From a virus, in IMG/VR virus record IMGVR_UViG_3300003663_000001: a stretch of 38,819 bases of DNA. One strand, 5' to 3'. Positions 1 to 10,300 of the stretch are shown here, piece by piece. Positions within the stretch are counted from its first letter, which is position 1; every line of letters starts with the position of its first letter. The notes under the pieces are model-generated. The model ran no database searches and was not told the DNA's origin. It saw nothing but the letters and a program-made list of their open reading frames with translations. The position numbers and the translations under genes are program-made.

Positions 1-77
1 AGGCGATACAACAGGCAGTACAACAGACGGACAACAGACGGACAACAGACGGTACACAAACAAGAAGAATAAGAAGA
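1..77. repeat. Terminal 77-bp sequence identical to 38743..38819 (circular-assembly overlap or terminal redundancy)
   Basis: Direct comparison: 'aggcgatacaacaggcagtacaacagacgg...aagaagaataagaaga' occurs at both ends. The reading frame of the initiator gene runs cleanly across the junction. Confidence 0.95.
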
Positions 78-448
78 ATAAGAATGAAAAGAATACAAAC
101 ACAGGCGCGGCCGCGATTGATTATTCGTCGTGGCCAGCCATGCCCACGGAACAAGTTTTCAAAGACTGGCTGGCATCTCGACGGAAAGCCAAGGCGACAC
201 ACAGCCAGACAGCCATGAACCAGATCGGCAAGGAACTACGGAAAGCGGCGGAAATGGGAATATCCGTCGATGAATGTTTGGCAGAAGCGGCAACGAGAGG
301 CTGGCGCGGATTCAAAGCGGAGTGGTTGAGCAATGGAAAATATCAGCAAAACGGTAGGTCAGGTGTCCCGCAATTTACACCAGACAACGACGACACCAGT
401 TGGGCAGAGGGGTTCGATCCCTGGGAAGGCGACTTCGAAGACCTTTGA
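2..448 (+). CDS. Replication initiator, C-terminal part (2..77 duplicates 38744..38819; unique continuation is 78..448)
   Basis: Same frame as 38390 (positions congruent to 2 mod 3). It encodes a Lys/Asn-rich linker, then 'FKDWLASRRKAKATHSQTAMNQIGKELRKAAEMGISVDECLAEAATRGWRGFKAEWL' and an acidic tail. Confidence 0.75.
   Translation, partial: GDTTGSTTDGQQTDNRRYTNKKNKKNKNEKNTNTGAAAIDYSSWPAMPTEQVFKDWLASRRKAKATHSQTAMNQIGKELRKAAEMGISVDECLAEAATRGWRGFKAEWLSNGKYQQNGRSGVPQFTPDNDDTSWAEGFDPWEGDFEDL
62..105 (+). promoter_or_regulatory. A-rich tract directly after the iterons (candidate DNA-unwinding element)
   Basis: 'aagaagaataagaagaataagaatgaaaagaatacaaacaca' with an AAGAAGAAT repeat. It is followed by the GC-rich 'ggcgcggccgcg'. 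The arrangement mirrors iterons plus AT-rich region inside lambda gene O. Confidence 0.35.
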
Positions 449-1043
449 AGAACTCGACAAGCGAGTAGTGAACAAACTGTTCAAACGGCTGCAAGAGATT
501 TTCCCGAAGTGGCGTGAGATATGGCAGACAGAGGGCGAAGTCAATGCCGCCAAAAAGCAATGGGCAAAGCAGCTGGTACGACAGGGCGTCAGTGACGTGG
601 AAATGATCCAGGCAGGGATTGAGCAAGCGAGGGCTTCAGGCTGGGTCCGTCCACCATCAGCCGGTCAGTTCTGCACCTGGTGCATTGAGGCGGCTAAGGA
701 GCGGGCAGGAATACCGGGAAAGGATAACGCGATAAGCCAGATTATGGCCCTGCTAAAGCGAGGCAGCCACAACAGGAAGCGAACAAACCTGGGCCCGGCA
801 ATGTATACCATGAGCCGTATGATCGACTGGTATGAAATGAATCAACTCGATTCCGAGAGAGCCCACAAGGCCATGGCCCGGGCATACGATGAAATGATCA
901 AGCATTGGCGGAATGGCCACGCTTTTTACGAACAGCCAGCGCTGGTCGAACACGGCAATCCAAGCGGGGTTGTCACTGAGGCCAGCCGGAAGAAAGGCCT
1001 GGAAACACTGGCGAAGCTCAGGGGAGAACTTAATGGCCATTGA
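333..1043 (+). CDS. Lambda P-like replication protein (helicase loader), 236 aa
   Basis: 'MENISK..' resembles lambda P 'MKNIAAQ..'. 'FKRLQEIFPKW...EVNAAKKQWAKQLVRQGVSDVEMIQAGIEQARASGWVRPPSAGQFCTWCIEAAKERAGIP' parallels lambda P 'LLATFPAS..EVNEIRRQWVLAFRENGITTMEQVNAGMRVARRQNRPFLPSPGQFVAWCREEA..AGLP'. It overlaps the initiator 3' end by 116 nt; an alternative GTG start at 468 cannot be excluded. Confidence 0.8.
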   Translation: MENISKTVGQVSRNLHQTTTTPVGQRGSIPGKATSKTFEELDKRVVNKLFKRLQEIFPKWREIWQTEGEVNAAKKQWAKQLVRQGVSDVEMIQAGIEQARASGWVRPPSAGQFCTWCIEAAKERAGIPGKDNAISQIMALLKRGSHNRKRTNLGPAMYTMSRMIDWYEMNQLDSERAHKAMARAYDEMIKHWRNGHAFYEQPALVEHGNPSGVVTEASRKKGLETLAKLRGELNGH

Positions 1044-1635
1044 AGTCATGCTGGTGAAAGGCCAGGACGGATCCTTGCGGCCTGCGTCAGCGGCAGACCA
1101 GGAACACATGGGCAAATTCAAGGTTGGCCAGGCTGTCCGGGTATCCCTGACGCAGATCAAAGCCCGGTCCCTGCAGCACCACAGGCTGTATTGGGGCGGG
1201 CTTATTGAAATCACCATGGACTATTGGGAGCCCACAGGCGGCCTGGTATCCGCCAGCGAAACAGGCACGCTCAAACGGTTTGCGGATTGGCTGGACAGAC
1301 AGGGCGGCAATTCTGGCGCCGTGCGCAGGGCCTGCACTGCGTTCCTTGACGAGCTAAGGCATTCACGCGGGCAACGGATAGATAGCCCTCACAAGTCCCG
1401 TGAGGCGCTTCACGAATGGATTAAGGTTGAGGCGGGATACTTCGATTACGTTATGACACCCAACGGTGTGACGAAAAAGCCCCGGTCCATAAACTTCAAC
1501 GCCATGGACCAGGACGAATTCAACGATTTTTATAAGGCGGCCTTCAACGTCTGCTGGCGGCTTATCCTATCCCGCGTGTTCGAGGATGAACAGCAACTGG
1601 AAAATACGATAAACCAGCTGCTGGCGATTGGTTAA
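1033..1635 (+). CDS. DUF1367-like lambdoid nin-region protein, 200 aa
   Basis: Start moved to the ATG at 1033 (AGGGGAG upstream; overlaps the stop of the P-like gene). 'DYWEP', 'HEWIKVEAGYFDY' and 'SINFNAMDQDEFNDFYKAAFNVCWRLILSRVF' match my recollection of DUF1367 prophage proteins. Confidence 0.6.
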   Translation: MAIEVMLVKGQDGSLRPASAADQEHMGKFKVGQAVRVSLTQIKARSLQHHRLYWGGLIEITMDYWEPTGGLVSASETGTLKRFADWLDRQGGNSGAVRRACTAFLDELRHSRGQRIDSPHKSREALHEWIKVEAGYFDYVMTPNGVTKKPRSINFNAMDQDEFNDFYKAAFNVCWRLILSRVFEDEQQLENTINQLLAIG

Positions 1636-1637
1636 TC

Positions 1638-1904
1638 TCAGCAATCGACGGCCCCTGTGAACTCTGGCTCCGCTTTCAATGCTGCGTATGCTTGAGGCCA
1701 CAAAGGTTCGGCCACATCGAGCAACAGCTCTTTGTCAAACTCCGCGACATAATGAGCGCCTTCTTGGTATGCTTCCCTGCAAAGGAAGCCCCGGAAGAGA
1801 ACTTTAGCCGGCTGTCCGTGGTTTGAAACCTCTATATTATTGATTCGGATATAGCACTCGCGATCTTCCCCGAATTGAGTACGTATGGTTTTCTGTATAG
1901 CCAT
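1638..1904 (-). CDS. Hypothetical protein, 88 aa, last gene of the leftward operon
   Basis: Start moved to the internal ATG at 1904, with GGAGAAA 6 nt upstream. The longer ORF (to 2033) would overlap the tailspike gene. It is locally AT-richer than its neighbours, and I recognise no motif. Confidence 0.5.
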   Translation of the reverse strand: MAIQKTIRTQFGEDRECYIRINNIEVSNHGQPAKVLFRGFLCREAYQEGAHYVAEFDKELLLDVAEPLWPQAYAALKAEPEFTGAVDC

Positions 1905-1926
1905 TGTTTGTTTCTCCAGTATGTGG

Positions 1927-4275
1927 TTATGCGTCAATCGCGCCGAATGCCTTGAAAACTGCGGTGGAGCCAGCTGTTCCGCTGGTAGTACAGACCCAGC
2001 CAATCTTATCGCCGGCAAGGGGATTCGGCGCAACGTATACGTCGCCTCGCACGTAGTCCCCTGACGTAGGAAAAACTACGCCGGGGGCGGTTGAGTAGTT
2101 AACCCGACCAAACATTTTAGCGGTATTGCCGCTACCCAAAATTATGTCACTCATTTTGAGTTTGTGCGGGTATCGTTCGGTGGTGTTCTCCCCGGTGATG
2201 AGTAAAGCTCGCCTAGATGGACTATTGGCAAAATCTAGCACATAGTCGCCGTTTACGAATTTCAATCGCCAGATGTTGCTTTCGCTTGAATGGTTCCACC
2301 CAAGAACTTGCCCGATGCTAGTATTCCCGCCGATAAATGTCGTAATGTCGCCTTTTGTCGTTATCAACGAGTCCAGCTGAGTACCGCCTGAAGAATTAGA
2401 CCTAAGATGGTCGCCAACCATGACCCAGCCAATGGAGCCGCCCAAGACTTGCGTAGGGCCGGAGTCGAATGCGTTGCCGCTCGCGCCGCCTTCCCAGTAA
2501 CATCCAAGGAACACGTTTCTGGCGTTGTCGTTGTCCGCTCGGTAGCCGAAGGCTTGGAAGTAAGTGCCCTCCAGCTTTCCCGCTTCCCACAGCGGAATGG
2601 TGGGGTGAGTGCTTCCCGATCCATATAGAACCCATACAGTGTCGTCTGTACCGGGTACGGTCGCCACTAGCTGCGCTTCTGTTGCGGTCCAGTGTGCGGC
2701 GTAACGGTTGCCCCCGTAGCTTACAAAGGAACTCTGGTCCGCAGCATTGTTACCCGCTGTCGCCACTCCATTAGTGGCAACATGGCAGCCTATGTAAGTA
2801 TTGCCAAGGAACGAGCTGTCAAAGATTCCCGAGCGCCCGTTTCCACTGCAATCAAGCCCAATCGCATAGCCTGAGTTAGCGTCCGCACCATCAACATACA
2901 CCCCGTGTCTGCCGTTGCCGGTAATCCGCATATTAGAGATGGAGAAGTTGTTCGCGTTTCCTTCAACTTCAGCCGTTCCCCTAGATGAGGCGACCACCTG
3001 AATGCCGTTGCCGGGAAATCCATGGACGCGCATGTTGTCAACTACCGCGCGCGCGCGTAGCCAAATTCCGTGGGCGTTGATGTCGGACCCGCCTTGGCTG
3101 ATAACCGAAACGCCGATTATTTTAGAGCCGTCTGCCCGGCCCGAGGGGGTGGCCTCAACGGTGTCGTCTATGGTGTTGTAGCGGTTAACGATGACCCCCC
3201 GCGTATCGGGGGCGAAGATGAGCCGACAGCCTGAAGTGTTTTCGATATGCCCATACATGCCCTCTATGTGGACGATTCGTTTTAGGTTCAGAGTTTTAGA
3301 AAGATAATAGCCTGTATCACGCAGCTTTACCTTCCCCGCGTAGATAATCGTTCCCTCTCCCCGAAAGTCACGGTTAACCGCCGCGTTGATCGCGGCCCAA
3401 TCGTCGGCGGTTCCGTCCCCGACCGCGCCGAAGTCCTCTACCCATACCTCGCTATCATTACTACGAACCCAGCAACCGGTGCCGCCCGCATCGGTTTCGC
3501 CTACGCCGTTAAGAAAATCAGCAAGCCCTGCTTGCGAGCCATCCCACGGAACCGTCGGGCTTATTATGGTGCCGCCGTTGTGGTCGCTCTTGGCGCGGTT
3601 TTCGTCATAAGAGAAAAAGCCCCCACCATTCGGGGCTTCGGTTCTTGGCGCCCAGCCGCCGTGAAAGCTAGTGATGCGAACGGTCGGAACATTGGCTGCC
3701 GGCGTTATTTTCAAAAAGCTCGCAATATCAGGATAGGAAACCTCACCCGACCTGGACATGATCCCCACCCAGGCCTCGCGGAGTGATGCCGTCAATGCCG
3801 TGCCACCCTCAATAGCAGCCGTAACCCTTGTCTTACCCGCAATATAAACCGATTCTGTGACCACCCCATAGAGCACAGCCGAATCCTGCAGCTTCAGTGC
3901 CCGGCCTGGATTGTAAACGCCGGTATGGTTTCCCACGACCTCAAATTGCGTGGCGCTGTACTGCGTGGCAGCCTTTTGCTGAACCCACTCCTGTTGCAAC
4001 TGGCTCGGGTCGCTTACGGGGTCACTCGTCCACACCTCTACATCGTCGGCGTCCTTCACTACAATCTTGTAGCTGCCGTTCAGGTAAATATCGGCATAAC
4101 CGGCGCCATTCAGGATTACCGGGTTCGAGTTCTGAGTTTCGCCACCCTCAGCGGTGAAGGTCGCTTTGGGCGTGTTGGTGCCTGCCTGGTAGGTGTAAAC
4201 CTTGCCGAATGCCAGCGGCTTGCCGGTGTAGCTGTCCCATGCGTAGAACTTGGGACCAATGATTGATACTGCCAT
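1927..4275 (-). CDS. Tailspike / depolymerase with a right-handed beta-helix (pectate-lyase-3-like) domain, 782 aa
   Basis: Phage fibre-type N-terminus 'MAVSIIGPKFYAWDSYTGKPLAFGKVYTYQAGTNTPK'. 'WVEDFGAVGDGTADDWAAINAAVN' is the pectate-lyase-superfamily signature. The body is Gly/Asn-rich. AGGAGAAAA precedes the start. Confidence 0.8.
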   Translation of the reverse strand: MAVSIIGPKFYAWDSYTGKPLAFGKVYTYQAGTNTPKATFTAEGGETQNSNPVILNGAGYADIYLNGSYKIVVKDADDVEVWTSDPVSDPSQLQQEWVQQKAATQYSATQFEVVGNHTGVYNPGRALKLQDSAVLYGVVTESVYIAGKTRVTAAIEGGTALTASLREAWVGIMSRSGEVSYPDIASFLKITPAANVPTVRITSFHGGWAPRTEAPNGGGFFSYDENRAKSDHNGGTIISPTVPWDGSQAGLADFLNGVGETDAGGTGCWVRSNDSEVWVEDFGAVGDGTADDWAAINAAVNRDFRGEGTIIYAGKVKLRDTGYYLSKTLNLKRIVHIEGMYGHIENTSGCRLIFAPDTRGVIVNRYNTIDDTVEATPSGRADGSKIIGVSVISQGGSDINAHGIWLRARAVVDNMRVHGFPGNGIQVVASSRGTAEVEGNANNFSISNMRITGNGRHGVYVDGADANSGYAIGLDCSGNGRSGIFDSSFLGNTYIGCHVATNGVATAGNNAADQSSFVSYGGNRYAAHWTATEAQLVATVPGTDDTVWVLYGSGSTHPTIPLWEAGKLEGTYFQAFGYRADNDNARNVFLGCYWEGGASGNAFDSGPTQVLGGSIGWVMVGDHLRSNSSGGTQLDSLITTKGDITTFIGGNTSIGQVLGWNHSSESNIWRLKFVNGDYVLDFANSPSRRALLITGENTTERYPHKLKMSDIILGSGNTAKMFGRVNYSTAPGVVFPTSGDYVRGDVYVAPNPLAGDKIGWVCTTSGTAGSTAVFKAFGAIDA

Positions 4276-4308
4276 GGGTTTTCTCCTGGTTGTTTCGCTG
4301 ATTATAGC

Positions 4309-7300
4309 CTACGGCATTTCTTCATGTACTTGCTCCAGGGCATCCTTGGCCTGTCGGTAGAACTTCTCAAGAGCCCGGTTTTTCTGCTCATAGTAGCTTT
4401 CTATGGCTGCTTCTTTCTGCTCGGCGGTCATGTTGTCGTTGTACTTGTACGAGGCAATGATTTCCTGCTGATCCTCGAAAGCACTGTCGATCTGGTTAAA
4501 CGCGCCATTTAGACCAATTAGGATCTGGTTTACCTTGTCCCCGGCAAACTCCGGCGCCTTGGACGGATCACGGATGGCTTCACGCTGCAGCATGTTGAAC
4601 GTCTGCTGTGCGGCGGCGGCCTTCACTTTCAGATCCCAATACCCTTCTGTCCATTTTGTACGGTATGGAACCTTCTGGCCAACAAACTGGTGCGTCATGT
4701 AGTCAATTGGCGTACCCCGGTTGAACGGGCGCGGCCCCCAATCGTCTTGTTTCCACAGGGCGGCTTCTGACGCATCGGCAATAATCATCTCCACGTAGCG
4801 TAGGAAGCCCTTGCTGTAGTGTTCTGCCACCAGCGGTGATACCCCCAGGTATTCACCCAGCTTGCGGTACATGATGGGCGTGCGGTCGGTGTACTGGTAT
4901 TCAGCCGGGATATCCATCATGTAATGCGGCACCACGGGCGCACCGGTGAACTTCTCATTGCGCTGAATCTCGATCCAGGGCTGAAGGATGCCGGGATAAT
5001 CCCCGATACCAACGGTGTTCACCAGGGCCCACGCCAGGTGTTCGGATGCTTCTTTGCCGTCCCTGTTCTTCACATAGTCCAGGCCTACTTCCGGCAACGT
5101 GGCAAAGATATGGCCCAGGTCATACGGGCGAGGGATCTTGAACGGCGTATCGGCGCCGGGAATGAAGATCCACCAGAAGCGGGCTTTCTGGTCTGGCGTC
5201 AGCTGCTGGTACCGCTCATCATCCTGGTTCAGCAACCACAAGATCACACTCATCATGGTCAGCACGCTGCCTTTCATCAGGAACACTGCTTTTTTGTCAG
5301 TCAAGCGTGCCAGGTTGGTGCCTTTCATTTCCCCGCGGATCTCGGAAAATTCCCGGGCGGCCTTGTCCAGCCCCTGAATGCCGGCGTTCATAAACGGCAC
5401 GGTGCGTAGGAACTTGGCCCACAGCTCATTGCGGCCCATCTTGCTAAAGTCGGTAGCGATCTCCCGGGCCTCCCAGGCAGCTTCCATTGGTGACGTGCCA
5501 GACTTCACCCCCAGCTCATAATCACCAATGCGCGAACCGTACTCGAAAGCACTGGTGAAGCGATCCCAGCCGGCCAGGAACTTGGCGGCCGCATCCCATC
5601 CGGATTCACTCGGCAGGTCCAGCCGGCGCCGGTCGCGGGTTTCCTGTGTCCGGGCCTCGATCCTGGTGCCGTATCCGCCACCTTGCAGCCTGAAGTCCTT
5701 GTAGGTCTGCGTGTTGAACATGAAGTGAGCCATGCCCCGGAGCGTGCTGTATACCGGGATAAACCGGTTTCGGCTCATAATCGCAGCACTCACGGTATCC
5801 CTGACGGCGTTTGGCCCCAGGAACTGAAACATGCTGGTAACCGTCCGGGTCTGCAGGTTCTTCACTCGATACAGGGCATTCATCACGGCGCCACTGCGCA
5901 GCCCTCTCAGGCCGGTGAGCATGTCCACCAGCAACGGCTCATGCACTTCAAAGTACACCCTCTTGCCATTCACCACGGCGCTGTCCACATAGGTTTCCGT
6001 GGTCTGCGGCTTGTGGCCAAAGGTCCAGAAGCTCAGCAATGCCGGGTTGGCCTCCAGGGCGGCGGCGATATCTTCCACGTCCGTCACCTGTGCGTCCGGA
6101 TCTCCGGCCATAATCATGCCGTCCTTGCTCACGGTTAGCCCCATTTCCGCCATTGCCTCGGCCATCTTGGCGGCCATCTGTGCCTGCTCAACCTGCACCT
6201 TCTTGCTGTCCGGTGCGATCTTCGCGGCAAACAGTGCGCCGTCCTGGCTGTTCATAATGTCGTTGTAGAGCGTTGCCTTGGCACGGGCAATGATAGCGGC
6301 CCGGATATTGGCCTGAAGCCCGTCCACAATGTTCTCGGCAATGTCCCGGGTATTCTGCGTGCCACCAGTCAGGCGCTTGCCGATTTCACTCACGCCCATT
6401 TCGCGGCCGTCCTCGATGCGCTCAATCACCCGGTGGAACGGCACGTAGTTCTGGTTCATCTTCTTGAAGGCTTTGCGCTGGCTCTCGTCAATCAGCCCCA
6501 TCTGCACGTAGAAATCCAGCATCCGGTCATTGAACTTCTGGAACTCGGAAAAGATCTGCGGGAATTCAGGATGCTTCTGCCCCAGGGCAAGGCCGGCGTC
6601 GATCTCCTGGTCGGTGAACAGGTTTTCCCGGCCCTGCTTCTTCAGCTCCTGGCCACGGCGGGCCTTGAAATACTCCATCAGATCATCGAACCGGCGCCAC
6701 CCGTGTTTGGTGGCCGGCTTGAACACTTCTTCCAGCCCCTTGCCGCTGAACTCAAAGTAGCCATCATCGGTCAGGCGCGGCGTGCCATCCTGAATCACGG
6801 CCTCATGCACGGATTCAGCTCCGTTCACCATCTGGAATTGCTTATACGGGCTCACGGTGGCCTCGCCAACTTCGCCTTTCAGCGTGCGCTCCACCACCTT
6901 GGCGGCATGGATCTTGTCAATTACCTGCTGGCGGTACCGCTCCAACGGATAGCTGTTCTGGTATTCCAGGATCTGCTGGCTGGCGGTCAGCTCACGGCCA
7001 GACTTGGCCCGCAATTGCGCCCGTGGCCCCTGCAGATACCAGCGGTGCATTTCGTCCTGCAGGCGCTTCATCTTGCGATCCAGCACGGCGTCATCTTTCA
7101 TCACCTGTTCAAACCGCTGCGTGAACAGTGGCGCCCTGGCCTTGGCCTCGCTGTAGTTGGTCAGCCACAGGCGGACAAACTCGGCAAAACCTTCCTTCGC
7201 CTTCAGGTTCTTCTTGCTGGTGTAGCTCAACGCCTCCACTTCCTTGCGGTATTTGCTGTCCTTGTACTCCCGGGTAAACCGCTTGTTGTAGCGGTAGTGC

Positions 7301-10300
7301 ATATCCAGGTAGTGCGCCATTTCGTGCGCCATCACCTCTACATCGTCGTAGTTCTTCACCCGCACTTCGCTGTTGTTGCTGCGGTAGAAGCCCAGCTTTG
7401 ACTTGCCCCGGACCTTGCCGAAGTAGATACGTTTGCCGATCAGATCCTGCAGCATGAACCGGATACCCTCACGGCGGGTCGGCTTTTCCTCCGGCTTCAG
7501 GGTCACGGTACGGTCACCCAAGGTAAAGCGGCCATTGTCCGGGCGCCGTGGCACGCCTGTCATGCTGTACGGCGGCTGCCACTGCGGCATAGGCACATCG
7601 GCACCCATATCGCTCATCATGGCGCTGGTGGCGTCCTGGTTGGTGGCGTCCTGGTCCTTCTTGGGCTGTAGCTCGGCAATCACCAACTGGTGGCGGGCCT
7701 TCACCTTGGACAATTCCTCGGCCTGGTCCCACTCCTGCACTTGTTCTTCCAGCTTCGGCAGATCCCTTTCGGCCTGCTTCACCCGGGCGGCCTGCTGTTT
7801 GGCCTCGGCGTCGATGGCTGAAATGGTATTGGTCACCCGGCGTGCCAGGCCGGTGGCGTCTGCACTGCCGATATCCTTGATATCCACCTGGTGCTCCATG
7901 GCGCCGTCCAAGGTCAGCACAAACCGTGTGCCAGTGACGTTATCCAGGGTCATGCTAAAGCCGGCATAGCTGCCGATAGCCTTGGATTCGGTGCCGGCGT
8001 CTGACATTTTCGCGGCTTCCGCCAGGATCTCCTGGCCGGCGTCCTTGTGCTTGTCGAACGTCTGGCCATTCACGGTGATAGTGAAGTCCTTGGGCGCGGC
8101 CTTAGCCTTCTTCACGTCCTGCGCGTACTTCAGCAAGCGATCCTTGCCCCGCTCCACAATGGATTTTTCGCGGCGGATGGCGTCACGGATCCGGAACTGT
8201 TCGCGGTCGTGTTCTTCCTCGGCCTGTTCCAGCTTTCGCAGTTTCTGGCGAAGGTCCATTTCTTCCAGGATCAGCGGATTGCCACTGGATGCCGCTTTCA
8301 TCTCGGCGGCGTTGGCCGATTCTGCCCCCAAGTCCTCGATCTCGCGCTGTTTGGTGTTGCCCTTGCGCACCTGCTCGATAAACCGGGCCTTGGTTTCAAT
8401 GGTCTGCCACATGCGGCTGTCCAGCGTCTGCTTGGTGGCGTAGCGGTTGATCTCGATTTCAAAGCCATCCGGGTCACGGTCGTACAGCTCGTTACCCTGG
8501 CGGATAATCCGGCCCTCCCGCTGTTCCAGGTCTGACGGCCTCCACGGTGCGTCCATGTGGTGGAGCCCCACCAGGCGGGTCTGCACGTTCATGCCGGCGC
8601 CCATCTTGGCGGTGGAGCCCATCAGCACGCGAACACGGCCTGTGCGCACCTTGGCGAACAACTCAGCCTTCTGTAGCTCGGTGTTGGCGTCATGGATATA
8701 GGCCACTTCCGATTCCGGAATGCCCAGGTTAATCAGCTTCTGGCGCAAGTCGTCATACACACTGAAATCACCATCCAGGGCTTCCAGCTCGTCCGGGCTC
8801 ATTCGGTCCAGCTGTTCGCTGGCGGCCTCGTCGCCATCTTCGGCACGCTGGATCAGGTCACGAATGCGGTTGGCTTCCTGCGCCTTGGCGCCCTTGGGCG
8901 TACTTAGGTCGATGAATACCAGCTGCGCACCCTTGTCGTCGCTCCACTGGTCGTACAGGGCTTTAATCCGGCTGGCGGCCTCATTGATCTTGCTGTCCGG
9001 GTTGTCGGCGTACAGTGCCGGGTCGATCAGGCGCATATCCAGGGCGGCCTTCCGGGCATCGCTCATAATCTTGAGCATGTTGTCGGCGCCCTTTTCAGGC
9101 TTCTTCGGCAGGTGTTCAGCACGCCATACCAGTGAGCCCTTCGGATAAACCTCGTTGCCCCGCTCATCCTGCACGGGCACACCAATGTAGTCGGCCTGGT
9201 CCTCGCTGCGCTCCACTACAATGTTGTTGGGCTTCCCGCCTTTGATCTTCGGTACCGGCAGGCGCTTGCCCTGTGCCGCCAGCTGCTTGTTGATATCGTC
9301 GCGGTTTACCACGTCACCAAAGGTCAGGTACCGCTGCATCAGCTCGGGCAGGTTCACGAACTTGCTGAAACGGCTATTCAGCTTGTAGCTTCCGGTTGGT
9401 GACAGCTCCCAATCGGTGACCACTTCCCCGTACATGCTGGCCCAGGCGTCGAAGTGTGCAATGCCCTGGTCCTGCAGGGTCTGGTAATCCAGGAACCGCT
9501 GCATGGTATACATTTCGGCCATGGTGTTGCTGATTGGCGTGCCGGTGGCGAAAACCACGTTGTTGCCGCCAGTGCGCTCCAGGATGGATTGCACCTTCAT
9601 AAACATATCGGCGGCCTTCTGGCTGCCCTGCGGGTTACCCAGGCCGGCAACGCGGGTCATGCTGGTGGCAAATCCCAGGTTCTTGAACTCATGGGCTTCA
9701 TCCAGGAACAGGGCATCCACACCCAATTCACCAAATGTCAGGTTGTCGTCCTTGTTCTCGGCATCGAACAGGCGCTTGAGCCTTTCCTGCAGGCGCTCTT
9801 TTTGCTTCTCGATCTGTTTGATGGAGCGTGCGCCCTTGCCCTCCTGGTCGCGGATAGTGGAAATAGCGGTGTCGATATCCCGGATCTGCTGGTTGATGAA
9901 CCGCTCTTGGAACTCGGCATCCATTTCGACCTTGCCAAACGAGGAATGCGCCACAATCACGGCGTCCCAATCGCCGGTGGCAATCCTGGCGAACAGGCGC
10001 TTGCGGTTGCCCTTCTCAAAGTCTTTTTTGGTGGCGGCCAGAATGTTGGCGTTCGGGTACAGCTTGGTGAAGTCCTCGGCCCACTGGCCCACAAGGTGAT
10101 TCGGTACCACAAACATGGGCTTCTTGGCGCGGCCTGTCCGGCGTAGCTCCATGGCCCCGGCAATCATAGTGAAGGTTTTGCCGGCGCCCACAACGTGATC
10201 CAGCAACGTGGTACCGCTCTGCACAATCCGCCAGGCGGCGTTGGCCTGGTGCGGCCGCAACTTCACAATGTCGTCACCCACCTTGCCCGGGAACGTCAGG

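Noticed and set aside
108-115. A GCGGCCGC (NotI) palindrome right after the A-rich tract.
   Set aside because: It is a single 8-bp palindrome inside coding sequence, and I see no evidence that it is more than chance in GC-rich DNA.
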